Shown here: piece after piece, positions 1-9,530 of the stretch
Position numbering within the stretch: the first letter of the stretch is position 1
Layout of the letters: every line of letters begins with the position of its first letter
Translations under genes and position numbers: made by a program
The notes under the pieces: model-generated
The model's input: only the letters and a program-made list of their open reading frames with translations
Databases searched by the model: none
Told to the model about the DNA's origin: nothing
Source: a virus
Taxonomy: Duplodnaviria > Caudoviricetes
Reading direction: 5' to 3' (one strand)
IMG/VR virus record: IMGVR_UViG_2974592265_000001
Coordinates: 1 to 64,000 of that record
Length of the DNA stretch: 64,000 nucleotides

Positions 1-1788
1 TTGAGTGACCAAGGAACGGTATCAGCCCGGTTCAGGATGCAGCTGAACCGGGAGGAGGGCATGAAAGCCCTCGACAAAGTCATCCTGCAGCACGGCTTTG
101 TCGAAGGGGAACCCTTCTCCTTCCTCGACCACGAATTCCAGATCGACATCGTCAACGACACGGCCCAGCGCATCGACGTGCGCAAGTGTTCTCAGGTCGG
201 GCTGACCGAGATGATGGCGCAGAAGACCCTGGCGATCATGGCGGTGCAGAAGAATATCCGCATCATGTTCAGCCAGCCGACCAAGGAAATGGCCGGCAAG
301 TTCTCCAAGGACCGGATTGACGGGGCGATCGCCCAGAGCGATTTCTATGCCGGCCTGGTCAAGGCCGGGTCCGACGCTGCTGGCATGAAAAAGCTCGGCC
401 AGAACATGCTCTACATCATCGGCACCTACGGCGCCAACTCGGCGATCTCGGTCCCGGCCGAGATGATCATCTCCGATGAAATCGACTTCTCCAACGAGGC
501 GGTGCTGGGCAAGCTGAACTCGCGTATCCGTCACGCCAAGACGGTCGACGCCAAGGGTCAGCGCGGCTACCGCTACCGCTTCAGCACACCGACGGTGGAC
601 GGCTTCGGCATCGACGTCGGCTTCCTCGCCGGCGACCAGCGCTACTACATGTGCAAGTGCCGCCACTGCGCGACGTGGGTGGTGCCGGACTACCTGCAGG
701 ACCTGATCCTGCCAGGCTGGGACAAGCCACTGCTGGACTTCAGCAAGGACAACCTGGACGACGAGCGCATTGACGTCGACAGCGCGTGGATCAAGTGCCC
801 GAAGTGCGCCAACGACCTGTGGAGTTCGCTGATCGACCCGACGCGGCGCCAGTGGGTGGCGAAGAAACCGGACAACTTCAACCACAGCTACCAGGTGTAC
901 CCGTGGGACGTGCCGAAGTACAACACGCCGTCGGGGATCATCCGCCAGTACGAGGGCTACCCACTCAAGTCCGACTTCTTCAACTTCGTCATCGGGCTGC
1001 CGTTCTCCGACGCCGAAAACAGCTTCACGGTCACCGACGACCACCGCAAGAAGACCTGCGACCTCGACCTGTGGATCTTCGGCCAGATCATGAAGAACGC
1101 GCGCACGGTAGGCGGCATGGACATCGGCAAGACCTGCCACCTGACCGTCAAGGTCAAGGTGCCGTTCGGCTGGCATGTGGTGTGGATGGAGAAGATCACC
1201 AACACCAAGGCCGATCCCGCGGTGCCCAAGGTGCTGGCGCGCTTCGACTTCTACCGCATGCGCAAGCTGTGCATCGACGCCGGCCCCGACATCACCCTGG
1301 TCAACAATCTGGTCTCGGCCCGCCCGGGTAGAATTCAGGCGGTGGTCTACACCGTGGTGCCAGGCTTCGTGCCGATCCACCTCAAGCCCGACGGCGACAC
1401 GATCAACGCCGACCGGACCAAGACCCTGAGTCTGCTGCTCAGCCAGCACAACTCCGGCGAGGTGCACTACCCGGCCAAGGATGACCTGCGCATCGAGCTG
1501 TTCAAGCATTTGGCCACGACCAAGAAGATCCGTGAGCGCAACGCACTGGGCGACATGGTCGAGAAGTTCATCAAGACCGACAAGCAGGACCACTGGGTGC
1601 ACTCGCTGAACTACTGCAACATCGCCGCCATGTCGCTCGAGCAGTTCGAGGACCACAGCGTGGTCGGGGTGATGCCTGGCACCGCTGGCGTAACGCTGGG
1701 CAGCAAGGCGCCGTCGGTGGTCAACCCGGTGGAAAAGAACAACGTGCTGGCCGGCATGTTCGGATTCCTGCGCCCACGGCAACGATGA
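1..1788 (+). CDS. terL: Terminase large subunit (lambda GpA-like)
   Basis: 595 aa; Walker A-like RKCSQVGLTE, Walker B IISDEID, STPT coupling motif, CxxC Zn motifs, C-terminal nuclease (GMDIG...DHWVHS); first gene of head module; TTG start at base 1 may be truncated. Confidence 0.9.
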   Translation: MSDQGTVSARFRMQLNREEGMKALDKVILQHGFVEGEPFSFLDHEFQIDIVNDTAQRIDVRKCSQVGLTEMMAQKTLAIMAVQKNIRIMFSQPTKEMAGKFSKDRIDGAIAQSDFYAGLVKAGSDAAGMKKLGQNMLYIIGTYGANSAISVPAEMIISDEIDFSNEAVLGKLNSRIRHAKTVDAKGQRGYRYRFSTPTVDGFGIDVGFLAGDQRYYMCKCRHCATWVVPDYLQDLILPGWDKPLLDFSKDNLDDERIDVDSAWIKCPKCANDLWSSLIDPTRRQWVAKKPDNFNHSYQVYPWDVPKYNTPSGIIRQYEGYPLKSDFFNFVIGLPFSDAENSFTVTDDHRKKTCDLDLWIFGQIMKNARTVGGMDIGKTCHLTVKVKVPFGWHVVWMEKITNTKADPAVPKVLARFDFYRMRKLCIDAGPDITLVNNLVSARPGRIQAVVYTVVPGFVPIHLKPDGDTINADRTKTLSLLLSQHNSGEVHYPAKDDLRIELFKHLATTKKIRERNALGDMVEKFIKTDKQDHWVHSLNYCNIAAMSLEQFEDHSVVGVMPGTAGVTLGSKAPSVVNPVEKNNVLAGMFGFLRPRQR

Positions 1789-1793
1789 AACCC

Positions 1794-1805
1794 CGCTAAC
1801 TAGCG
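1794..1805. promoter_or_regulatory. Palindromic motif CGCTA-AC-TAGCG (putative operator), copy 1; degenerate copy CGCTAACTATCG at 1833-1844
   Basis: Same 12-mer recurs in gene-boundary positions at 32610 and 36266. Confidence 0.55.
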
Positions 1806-1856
1806 AGGTATCTGAGACAACCTCAGGTATCTCGCTAACTATCGCTGAAAGAACCC

Positions 1857-1886
1857 TTGTAATTCAGGCCTTTGCCCAACTAAACT
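1857..1886 (+). promoter_or_regulatory. Candidate sigma70-like promoter for portal/head genes
   Basis: TTGTAA-18 nt-TAAACT upstream of portal ATG. Confidence 0.35.
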
Positions 1887-1914
1887 CGCGCCATCTCTAG
1901 GGAAGACGATACGC

Positions 1915-3384
1915 ATGGCTGCGACCAAGACACCAGGCTCGAAAGGATCGAGGTACGCGGCAACGGGTGCCACGGTGATCTTGCCGACCCGAAATCTTGC
2001 CGGTAAAGCCCGCGCCAAACGCCCAGGATCGGACCAGAAGAACGGTTCGACCATCCCCAATCCGTTGAAGACGTTCAACCAGAACGCGATCAACAACATC
2101 AGTTCCCGCACCGACGTCAACGAAATCATCCGCTTGCTCTGCCGTGAAGACGGCATGTTCAGCTCGGCGGCGAACTCGATGGCGGCCATCTCCGTGGGCA
2201 CTGGTTTCAGACTGGCAGGATATGACGCGACCGGTGCCATGAGCATCGAAGTCATGTCCGCTGCCTACAGCCTCATGGATGGGTTCTCGACGCTGCATGA
2301 TTACAGCAAGGGATATAACGATAAGCCAGGGATGCAGTCGCTGTTGTCGAGTCTTCAAACGGATGTCGTCACGACGGGAGGTTGTGGCGTTGAATTGGTG
2401 CTGGACAAGGAGTTCGGCCCCGAGCGGCTGGTGCCTATCGGATATTCCACGATTGCATGGGAAGCTGATGGCCAAGGAGGGCGTTATCCCACACAAGACG
2501 GTGGCGACATCAAGCTGAACATCCCCACCGTCTTCGTCGCTGAACACAACCGTAACCCGGACGAGGCCTACTCCGTCAGCTTGCTGCGGCCAGGCCTGTC
2601 TCAGGTGATGAACTTCAACGGCTTCATCGAAGACATGCACCGGGCGCTCAACCGCACCGGGCACAGTCGCCTGATCGCCAGCATCGTCTCGGAGAAGATC
2701 CAGAAGGCGGCTGACGACGAGACCCGCAACGACCCGGCCAAGATGGGCGCCATGTTCGACCTGGTGCTGCAGCAAGTGCAGGAAGCACTCGCTGGACTGG
2801 AGCCGGAAGACGCGGTGGTGACCTACGACAGCGTCGTCTACGACGTCAAGGACACCGGCGGCAACAAGGCCGACTACGCACCGATGATCGCCACCCTGGC
2901 CAACATGCTCGGGGCTTCCCTGAAGACCCCAGCCTCGGTCAGTGGCATGCGCGCATCGGGTGGCCAAGGCCTGTCCAACGCCGAGACGCTGATCTACCTG
3001 CAGGTCGTGCAAGGCACGCGCTCGCCGGTGGAAGAAGCGATGTCCCGCGCGCTGACCCTGGCCTGCCGCCTGCAAGGCGTCGACGGCTACGTGGCCTTCG
3101 AGTTCAACCCGATCAACCTGCGCCCCGACATCGAGCTGGAGGCCTACTTCGGTACGCGCCAGAAGCGGGTGTTGGAGCTGCTGAGCTGGGGCGTGATCAA
3201 CGAGGCCCACGCTTGCTGGGAACTCGGCATGCGCCCACAAGGCCTCAACGCCATTCTGGCCGGCACCCGTTTCTACGCCAAGGATGCTTCGGCGGAGCCT
3301 TCGGTCGAACCTGACCGGACCACTTCGACGGGCGCGGCACTCAACCCAGGCACGCCGGCGAAGTCCGGCGGCGCTGATCAATAA
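1915..3384 (+). CDS. Portal protein
   Basis: 489 aa directly after terL and before head protease; typical size and position. Confidence 0.8.
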   Translation: MAATKTPGSKGSRYAATGATVILPTRNLAGKARAKRPGSDQKNGSTIPNPLKTFNQNAINNISSRTDVNEIIRLLCREDGMFSSAANSMAAISVGTGFRLAGYDATGAMSIEVMSAAYSLMDGFSTLHDYSKGYNDKPGMQSLLSSLQTDVVTTGGCGVELVLDKEFGPERLVPIGYSTIAWEADGQGGRYPTQDGGDIKLNIPTVFVAEHNRNPDEAYSVSLLRPGLSQVMNFNGFIEDMHRALNRTGHSRLIASIVSEKIQKAADDETRNDPAKMGAMFDLVLQQVQEALAGLEPEDAVVTYDSVVYDVKDTGGNKADYAPMIATLANMLGASLKTPASVSGMRASGGQGLSNAETLIYLQVVQGTRSPVEEAMSRALTLACRLQGVDGYVAFEFNPINLRPDIELEAYFGTRQKRVLELLSWGVINEAHACWELGMRPQGLNAILAGTRFYAKDASAEPSVEPDRTTSTGAALNPGTPAKSGGADQ

Positions 3385-3394
3385 GGAGCCTGGC

Positions 3395-4882
3395 ATGGCC
3401 GTTGAACTCTGGCTGGGCACGGAAGCGTCCTTCAACAAACACAGCAGCTACGAGCTGAAGTACAACTTCGACAAAGAGGCGTACTCCAACTCGCCGTATG
3501 ACGACGACGGCTACGAAATCGACAAAGATTTTGGTGTAAGTAAGTCGCGTAAAGGCCTGTATCTGCTGGAAAAGGTCGGCGACATTCCGGTACTGAAAGT
3601 ACACGGTTCGCTGGTCGCCTCGTACCGCCGCTACCACCAGTGGTTCCCGGGCGAAGTGACCAGCTACGAGGCGATCAACGACGCCTTCGCGATCCTGGCT
3701 GAACAGGGCTACACCGACGTCGTGCTGGATCACAACAGCGGCGGCGGGCAGGTCAGCGGGCTGAACACCGTGACCGAGAACATGGAGCGACTGCAGGCCG
3801 GTGGCATGACCATCAAGGCCCACACCGACTCCGCGTCGTTCTCGGCCAGCTACTGGATCATGTCCAGCGCCAACCAGGTGACCGCCAGCAAGATGGCGGA
3901 GGTCGGCTCGATCGGCGTGATCGCGGTGGTCCGCACCTACGCCAACACGGAAGAGAACTTCGGCATCAAGTTCACCGTGCTGAAGGAAGGTGAGTTCAAG
4001 GCCGTGGGCAACCCCTACGAAGAGCTGAGCGAAGCGGACAAGAAGTACCTGCAGGAGAACCTGCGGGAGACCAACGCCTTCTTCCTCAATCACATTTCCG
4101 CGCAGCGCGCCCTGAGTCTCGACGACTACAAGGTGTGGGCTGACGGTAAAACCTTTTTCGCAGCGAAGGCCGTGAAAAATGGGCTGGTCGACAGGCTTTC
4201 AACGCTGGATGACCTTATTGGTAGCGGCGCGTCCGCAAAAACTACTGGCGACAGAAGGAAGTTCGAGATGAAGATCTCTGCTGAAAAACTCGCTCAGATC
4301 GAAGCGGGCGCGGCTCCAGCAAGCGTGCTCACCAAGGCTGAGCTGGCGCATTACGAAAAACAAGTGGCCGATCTGAAGGAGGCTACCGACAAGGAAGCCG
4401 CCGCACAGAAAGAGCTCGACGACGCCCAGGCGGAGAAGGACGCTCAGGACGCGCTGGACAAGGAAGCCGCTGACAAGCTCGAAGCCGAAGGCGAAAAGCC
4501 GCAGGCTACCGGCTTCGACGTCAAGGCCATGACCGACGCCCTGAAGGAAAACGGCAAGCTGGAAGCTCAGGTGGAAGCCCTGAACGAACGCCTGGCCAAA
4601 GCCGAAACCGCCCTGACTGAAGCCAAAGAGCAAACCGACAGCATGATCATCGTGGCGCAACACGCCGTGAAGAAGCTGCAGGTTGCCACCGGCAGCGCTC
4701 AGGTTGAGAAGTCCTCCGCCTCCGAAATCCTCGGTCAGTTCAACGACCTGCAGGGCAAGATGGCCAAGATGTTCAAGACCGAGCAGCAGTCCTCCGACAC
4801 CCCTGTCAAGGAAGTAGCTTCTTCCCCGGTGGCGGCGAACGTCCGTCAAAAAGTAACCCAACTCAACACTCAAAAGCGCTAA
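3395..4882 (+). CDS. Head maturation protease (S49/SppA-like) fused to scaffold-like coiled coil
   Basis: DHNSGGGQVSG, SASFSASYWIMS and GSIGV S49 motifs; acidic/Ala-rich coiled-coil C-terminal half; AAGGAG RBS before ATG 3395. Confidence 0.85.
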   Translation: MAVELWLGTEASFNKHSSYELKYNFDKEAYSNSPYDDDGYEIDKDFGVSKSRKGLYLLEKVGDIPVLKVHGSLVASYRRYHQWFPGEVTSYEAINDAFAILAEQGYTDVVLDHNSGGGQVSGLNTVTENMERLQAGGMTIKAHTDSASFSASYWIMSSANQVTASKMAEVGSIGVIAVVRTYANTEENFGIKFTVLKEGEFKAVGNPYEELSEADKKYLQENLRETNAFFLNHISAQRALSLDDYKVWADGKTFFAAKAVKNGLVDRLSTLDDLIGSGASAKTTGDRRKFEMKISAEKLAQIEAGAAPASVLTKAELAHYEKQVADLKEATDKEAAAQKELDDAQAEKDAQDALDKEAADKLEAEGEKPQATGFDVKAMTDALKENGKLEAQVEALNERLAKAETALTEAKEQTDSMIIVAQHAVKKLQVATGSAQVEKSSASEILGQFNDLQGKMAKMFKTEQQSSDTPVKEVASSPVAANVRQKVTQLNTQKR

Positions 4883-4894
4883 GGAGAATCAGTC

Positions 4895-5353
4895 ATGGCT
4901 GACTTCAAGTTTAACGTCCTCACTGTTCTGCCTGAGCGGCTGAACGTCGTCACCGCCAAGTTGGGTTCGGCTGCAGCTCAGCTGTACACCGACAAGGATA
5001 AAGGCAAGCCGATGAAGATGGGCGCACTGTCCAACTTCGTCCTGTGCGCTGACGGTGACGAGCTGGGTGGTTTCCTCGACAACGTCGACGGCGGCCCGCC
5101 AGCCAACGGCTTCCCAGTCGGCGGTGTGCAGCGCCCTGACACCGGCTTCCGTGTCGAAGCTGTGGTCGCGGCTGGCGTAGCCACCCCACTGGTGTTCGGT
5201 GACCTGGTGGTTGCTGGCGCTCAGATTGCTCTGGGCACCAAAGGCCTGCCTCAGGTCAAGAAAGGCACCCCGGCCATCTTCAAGTACCAGGTGATTCAGG
5301 TGCGCACCACTGGCGCCGCCGGCACCAACGTCCTTCTGGAACGCGTGGGTTAA
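4895..5353 (+). CDS. Head decoration/cement protein
   Basis: 152 aa Gly/Val-rich beta protein between protease and capsid; AAGGAG RBS. Confidence 0.65.
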   Translation: MADFKFNVLTVLPERLNVVTAKLGSAAAQLYTDKDKGKPMKMGALSNFVLCADGDELGGFLDNVDGGPPANGFPVGGVQRPDTGFRVEAVVAAGVATPLVFGDLVVAGAQIALGTKGLPQVKKGTPAIFKYQVIQVRTTGAAGTNVLLERVG

Positions 5354-5385
5354 TTGCCCGCCCACTTTTTCAAGGAATAGAAATC

Positions 5386-6564
5386 ATGCAATGCAAACTG
5401 AAATATGTTGCCAACGTCGATGGTCACCAGGTCGCTAAGGAACTGGACGCCAACGTCGAGCTGTACGCACAAGCCGCCGCTGCAGGTCTGGACCTGCGCC
5501 AGCACCTGCGCAACCTGGCTTCCGACTGGGACCCGACCATGGGTGACCCGATCGACCAGATGATGACCAACGCCGGCATGATGGACGGTGCCAACCGCAT
5601 CGGCCCAGCGCTGACCATGGCGCAGATGGCAGGCATGACCCAGGCTGACGGCTTCCGTCGTCCGGACGGTTCCGACGGCTCCCTCGGCGCACGCCTGCTG
5701 TACCCGCAGCTGATCCTCGAGACCATGAACGCCAACACCTTGCGTGATGACGGTTCGGACATCCTGTCGATCTGGGAAAGCTTCATCGCCACCAGCCGTA
5801 ACCTGAACGGCCAGATGGCGCAGCAGCCGATCATCGACACTTCGGCACCGGAAGGCAGCCGCAGCGGTCGTATGGTGCAGATGGCACTGCCGGAAACCAT
5901 GGTTTCCATCACCACTGGCCAAAAATCGTTCAAGATCCCAACCAACTCGATTGGTCTGATGATCGCCAACGAAGCCATGGCTGCCACCACCATCGACATC
6001 GTTCGTATCGTGATGGAAGCCCAGTCGCGCGGTGACAAGATCCGTCGCGTCGGCGAGCAGCTGAAGTCCATGGTACTGGGTGATGCCGACCTCGACATGA
6101 CCGCGCTGCCGATCCTCAAGGCTGGCGACTTCGACGCCCTGATCACCACCAATGGCAACATCACCAAGAAGGCCTACATCAAGTGGCTGTTCAGCATGCG
6201 CAACACTGCGAACATCTCGCAGGTGTTGACCGACATCGACACTGCCCTGGCAGTTGACGATGGCCTGGCACCGAAGCACGTCGGCACCGACAACTCGAAG
6301 ATTGCCACCCCATGGGCCGGCATGAACCTGGGTCTGACCCAGCCGCGCATCACGCCGTTCGAACCGGACATGTTCGGTGCCGGTCTGCTGGTGGGCTTCG
6401 ACCCTCGCTACGCGATCCAGCGCATGGTGAACATCTCCGCTGCCTACGACGGCATCGAAGAGTTCGTGATGCGTAAGGCCACCGGTTTCCGTGTGGACTA
6501 TGGCGAGATGGCAACCCGTCTGTACGACGAGGCCTGGTCGGTTCTCAGCCTCGAAGCAGCCTAA
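5386..6564 (+). CDS. Major capsid protein
   Basis: 392 aa, strongly biased codons, position in head module, followed by strong terminator. Confidence 0.8.
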   Translation: MQCKLKYVANVDGHQVAKELDANVELYAQAAAAGLDLRQHLRNLASDWDPTMGDPIDQMMTNAGMMDGANRIGPALTMAQMAGMTQADGFRRPDGSDGSLGARLLYPQLILETMNANTLRDDGSDILSIWESFIATSRNLNGQMAQQPIIDTSAPEGSRSGRMVQMALPETMVSITTGQKSFKIPTNSIGLMIANEAMAATTIDIVRIVMEAQSRGDKIRRVGEQLKSMVLGDADLDMTALPILKAGDFDALITTNGNITKKAYIKWLFSMRNTANISQVLTDIDTALAVDDGLAPKHVGTDNSKIATPWAGMNLGLTQPRITPFEPDMFGAGLLVGFDPRYAIQRMVNISAAYDGIEEFVMRKATGFRVDYGEMATRLYDEAWSVLSLEAA

Positions 6565-6574
6565 GGGCTAAGGG

Positions 6575-6600
6575 AAGGGCCGCTTCGGCGGCCCTTTTCT
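6575..6600 (+). terminator. Rho-independent terminator after capsid gene
   Basis: AAGGGCCGC-TTCG-GCGGCCCTT followed by TTCT; UUCG tetraloop. Confidence 0.85.
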
Positions 6601-6630
6601 CCATCTTGAATTCGTTGGAGCGACACGAAC

Positions 6631-7170
6631 ATGGCACTGAAAAAAGCTGATACCACCGCCGCAGAAGTCAAAGAGCCGACCGCTGAAGAGCTGGAAGCCA
6701 AACGCTTGGCCGAGGAGCAGAAAGCCCTCGACGAGCAGAAGACTGCTGACGAAGAAAAGGCCAAGGCCGCGCAGGACGAAGCGGACAAAGCCGCCGAAAC
6801 CGAACGTCTGGCAGCCGAACAAAAAATCCTCGACGAGCAGAAAGCCGCTGACGAAGCCGCTGAAGCTGAGCGCGTGGCACAAGAAGCCAGCGACAAGGAA
6901 GTTGCACGCCTGGCACGCCTGCAGGAAGAGGCTGATCGCCAAGCCGAATCCGACAAGGAACGCCTGCAGCAGGAAGCCGAAGTGGCGCGCGCTGCTGGCA
7001 AGACCCCGCTGGAGCGCAAGCTGGTGCTGGTGGAAAGCCTGACCCATTCCAACCTCAAGCAGCCTTCGACCGATACCTGGATCGACGGCAAGGGCCAAGC
7101 CCACCTGCTGCACGACGGCTGGCTGCGCAACCAGATCGGCGCCAAGCTGATGAAGATCGTCGAGGAGTAA
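6631..7170 (+). CDS. Hypothetical virion-associated protein, long E/A/K coiled coil with small C-terminal domain
   Basis: 179 aa ORF, phage-like codon use, GGAG RBS. Confidence 0.6.
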   Translation: MALKKADTTAAEVKEPTAEELEAKRLAEEQKALDEQKTADEEKAKAAQDEADKAAETERLAAEQKILDEQKAADEAAEAERVAQEASDKEVARLARLQEEADRQAESDKERLQQEAEVARAAGKTPLERKLVLVESLTHSNLKQPSTDTWIDGKGQAHLLHDGWLRNQIGAKLMKIVEE

Positions 7171-7173
7171 GGC

Positions 7174-7659
7174 ATGCCGTACTTCGACCTGACCAGTACC
7201 GCACAGATCCTCGCTGTCCTGACCGTGGATGACACGGACATCGACGCCGAGAAGATCGAGGCACAAGGCTTGGACGACGACCTCGGCGCCCAGCTGGACA
7301 AAGCGCTGCCTGGCGTCTGGGAAGGGATCGCTGACGGCACTGGCACAGGCGCGAGCACATCGCGCCTGCGCAAGCTGAAGTTGGTGGCGAAGTACTTCTG
7401 CGCCGGGACCGTCGCCAGAATGGCGCAGGTGTTCATCCTCAAGAAGGACACCGACGGCTCCAACGAGGGTCAGCGCAGCGACAAGGATGGCTGGCTGTGG
7501 ATGTCAGATCGCCTGATGGAAACAGCCAACGATCACCTGCGGGATCTGCTCAAGGATCTCGACCTGGTGCCGGCCACTGCCATGCCGTACACGATGTTTG
7601 CGCGGGTCATCCCCGAGCGCGACCCAATCACCGAACCTAGGGCGGCAGCCACCGAATGA
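7174..7659 (+). CDS. Putative head-tail adaptor
   Basis: 161 aa helical protein; synteny after capsid. Confidence 0.5.
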   Translation: MPYFDLTSTAQILAVLTVDDTDIDAEKIEAQGLDDDLGAQLDKALPGVWEGIADGTGTGASTSRLRKLKLVAKYFCAGTVARMAQVFILKKDTDGSNEGQRSDKDGWLWMSDRLMETANDHLRDLLKDLDLVPATAMPYTMFARVIPERDPITEPRAAATE

Positions 7660-8567
7660 AGCTGAGAAAGATCGCCGGGAAATACATCACCGAGAAAATG
7701 GAAGCGTGGGACCCGGTCACGGAAACGTGGCTGCCCGACGCTTTCCTCGGCCGTGTCGACCTGACCGATCGCTTCTTGAGCAACTTCAACAAGCCGACCC
7801 GCCGTCGCATGATGTTCACCGTACCCGAAGTGGTGTTCCCCGACAGCCTCACGGTACGTCACCCGGGCACGCACGACGTGTACATCCTCGGCACCACTCG
7901 CCGGGATGCCAGAAGCGGCGAGCAGTACAACGCTTTGACCATCCTGCAGCTGGTGACCGATCTGCCAGGCGGAACTTCCGGCTTGGCAACCATTACCCGC
8001 AAGGTCGTACAGGGGCCACCGGACAACCCGGGCTGGCTCGTCGATACGGTCTTCGCCAAGAGTTTTATCGACACCGAATTCCTCAGCAGTTCTGAGGAAG
8101 AGGGCACCACGGACCTGCGCATCGAGCGCTACAACGCCTACCTGCCACTGAACATCCAGCCGCAGGAGTGGGACTTCATCACCCTCCACGGAGTGAAGTA
8201 CCGGGTGCTCGACACCTTCGCTGACTCCGGCTTCTTTGCCCTGCGCATTGACCACGAGGCGGACTTTCGCAGCGACTTCGTGTTGACCGTCGGTGGCAAG
8301 CGCACCATGAACGCCGCCACCCATGAGTACGAAGGCGGGGAGACCAACTATAACGTTACCGGCGTCATGGAGAAGTCCGTCGACGCTGCACTGTGGGCCA
8401 CCGACACCAGCAACTACCGCACCGTGTACTTCGAAACCGAGCACCTGCCGTTCGGGATCAACCTGCGCGGCAAGGACGTCTGGCTCTCGCTGAACGGCGT
8501 GAAGAAGCAGGTCAAGACGGTTGAAACCCAGCCTGGCAGCCGGCAGTACACACTGAGGGTGGTGTGA
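7656..8567 (+). CDS. Putative head-closure/neck structural protein
   Basis: 303 aa, ATGA overlap, beta-rich, position in neck module. Confidence 0.45.
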   Translation: MKLRKIAGKYITEKMEAWDPVTETWLPDAFLGRVDLTDRFLSNFNKPTRRRMMFTVPEVVFPDSLTVRHPGTHDVYILGTTRRDARSGEQYNALTILQLVTDLPGGTSGLATITRKVVQGPPDNPGWLVDTVFAKSFIDTEFLSSSEEEGTTDLRIERYNAYLPLNIQPQEWDFITLHGVKYRVLDTFADSGFFALRIDHEADFRSDFVLTVGGKRTMNAATHEYEGGETNYNVTGVMEKSVDAALWATDTSNYRTVYFETEHLPFGINLRGKDVWLSLNGVKKQVKTVETQPGSRQYTLRVV

Positions 8568-9076
8568 TGGCAGGCAAGTTCAAGACCCTGACCGACAACT
8601 TTGCGCTGGACATCTCGGCGATGTTCAGCCGGGCGATCCGCCGAGCGCTGATCGGCGGGCTGGTGGTGGCCGTGCAGACAACCAAGCATGACTCGTCCAA
8701 CGCCGCGGCGCACTGGCTGATCGCGGCCAAGGGCAAGTCCCGACCAGGCTCGAGGGTCTGGGGCAAGCTGCGCGACCTACGCGGTACGTCCAGCCGCCCC
8801 GCCACGCCACCGGTGGGTAAGCGCCGTAGCTACGGCGCCAATGAGATCGCCACAGTCAAGTTTGTGCGCGAGCGGGAGATGCGCGAGGTAGTGGAAAAGC
8901 TGGTCGCCGGTCGTAGCCCGGAGACGATCTTCTACTTCTACAACGCCATCGCTACCGGCACTGACTATGAGCACAACGCCGAGATCGAGGCCGCTGGGAT
9001 GGCTGCTACACAAGAGGTGGCCCGCCAGTTCAACAACGCCATCCAATCAGGCCAGGTAAGGAAGCGCTACCGATGA
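8564..9076 (+). CDS. Putative neck/tail completion protein
   Basis: 170 aa basic protein, translationally coupled, synteny. Confidence 0.45.
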   Translation: MMAGKFKTLTDNFALDISAMFSRAIRRALIGGLVVAVQTTKHDSSNAAAHWLIAAKGKSRPGSRVWGKLRDLRGTSSRPATPPVGKRRSYGANEIATVKFVREREMREVVEKLVAGRSPETIFYFYNAIATGTDYEHNAEIEAAGMAATQEVARQFNNAIQSGQVRKRYR

Positions 9077-9525
9077 CCGACTTTATGCTGGAATCGCTGA
9101 CCGATCTGGACGTGCGATTCCGTGACTACCTGGCCACCAAGGTGACGCCGGACATGATCTTCGGCTACGACTTCACCGAAGGGCTGGACGTCAGCGTCAA
9201 CGACGTCGGCGTGCTCCTCGAGCAGGATGCCGACTTCTGGCTGTTCGAGCTGAACATCGACGACACCGGCCGCGCCGGCGTGTCCCAGGTGGCAGCGCGC
9301 CGGGTCCTGGCCAGCTTGGACATTACCTTGTTTACCAAAGCCCCTCGGGACAAGGTAAAGTACGGCCGCAAGGTCGAAGCAGTAGCAGACTGGTTTCAGG
9401 ACCAGACTATCAGCGGAATCCGGTTCCGCACGTTTGCGCCTGTTCCGCCTACCCCGTTGCATGGCTTCACCGCCTACGGTGGTGTGACAAACATGGTGTT
9501 TGAAATTTACGTTCAAAGGAGTTGA
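9073..9525 (+). CDS. Putative tail terminator protein
   Basis: 150 aa acidic protein immediately before tail tube. Confidence 0.5.
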   Translation: MTDFMLESLTDLDVRFRDYLATKVTPDMIFGYDFTEGLDVSVNDVGVLLEQDADFWLFELNIDDTGRAGVSQVAARRVLASLDITLFTKAPRDKVKYGRKVEAVADWFQDQTISGIRFRTFAPVPPTPLHGFTAYGGVTNMVFEIYVQRS

Positions 9526-9530
9526 CGGCT

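Noticed and set aside
2279-2518. Cys-rich alternative-frame ORF in the atypical-codon 5' part of the portal gene
   Set aside because: No RBS or motif; the atypical codon patch is more simply explained by recombination or divergence
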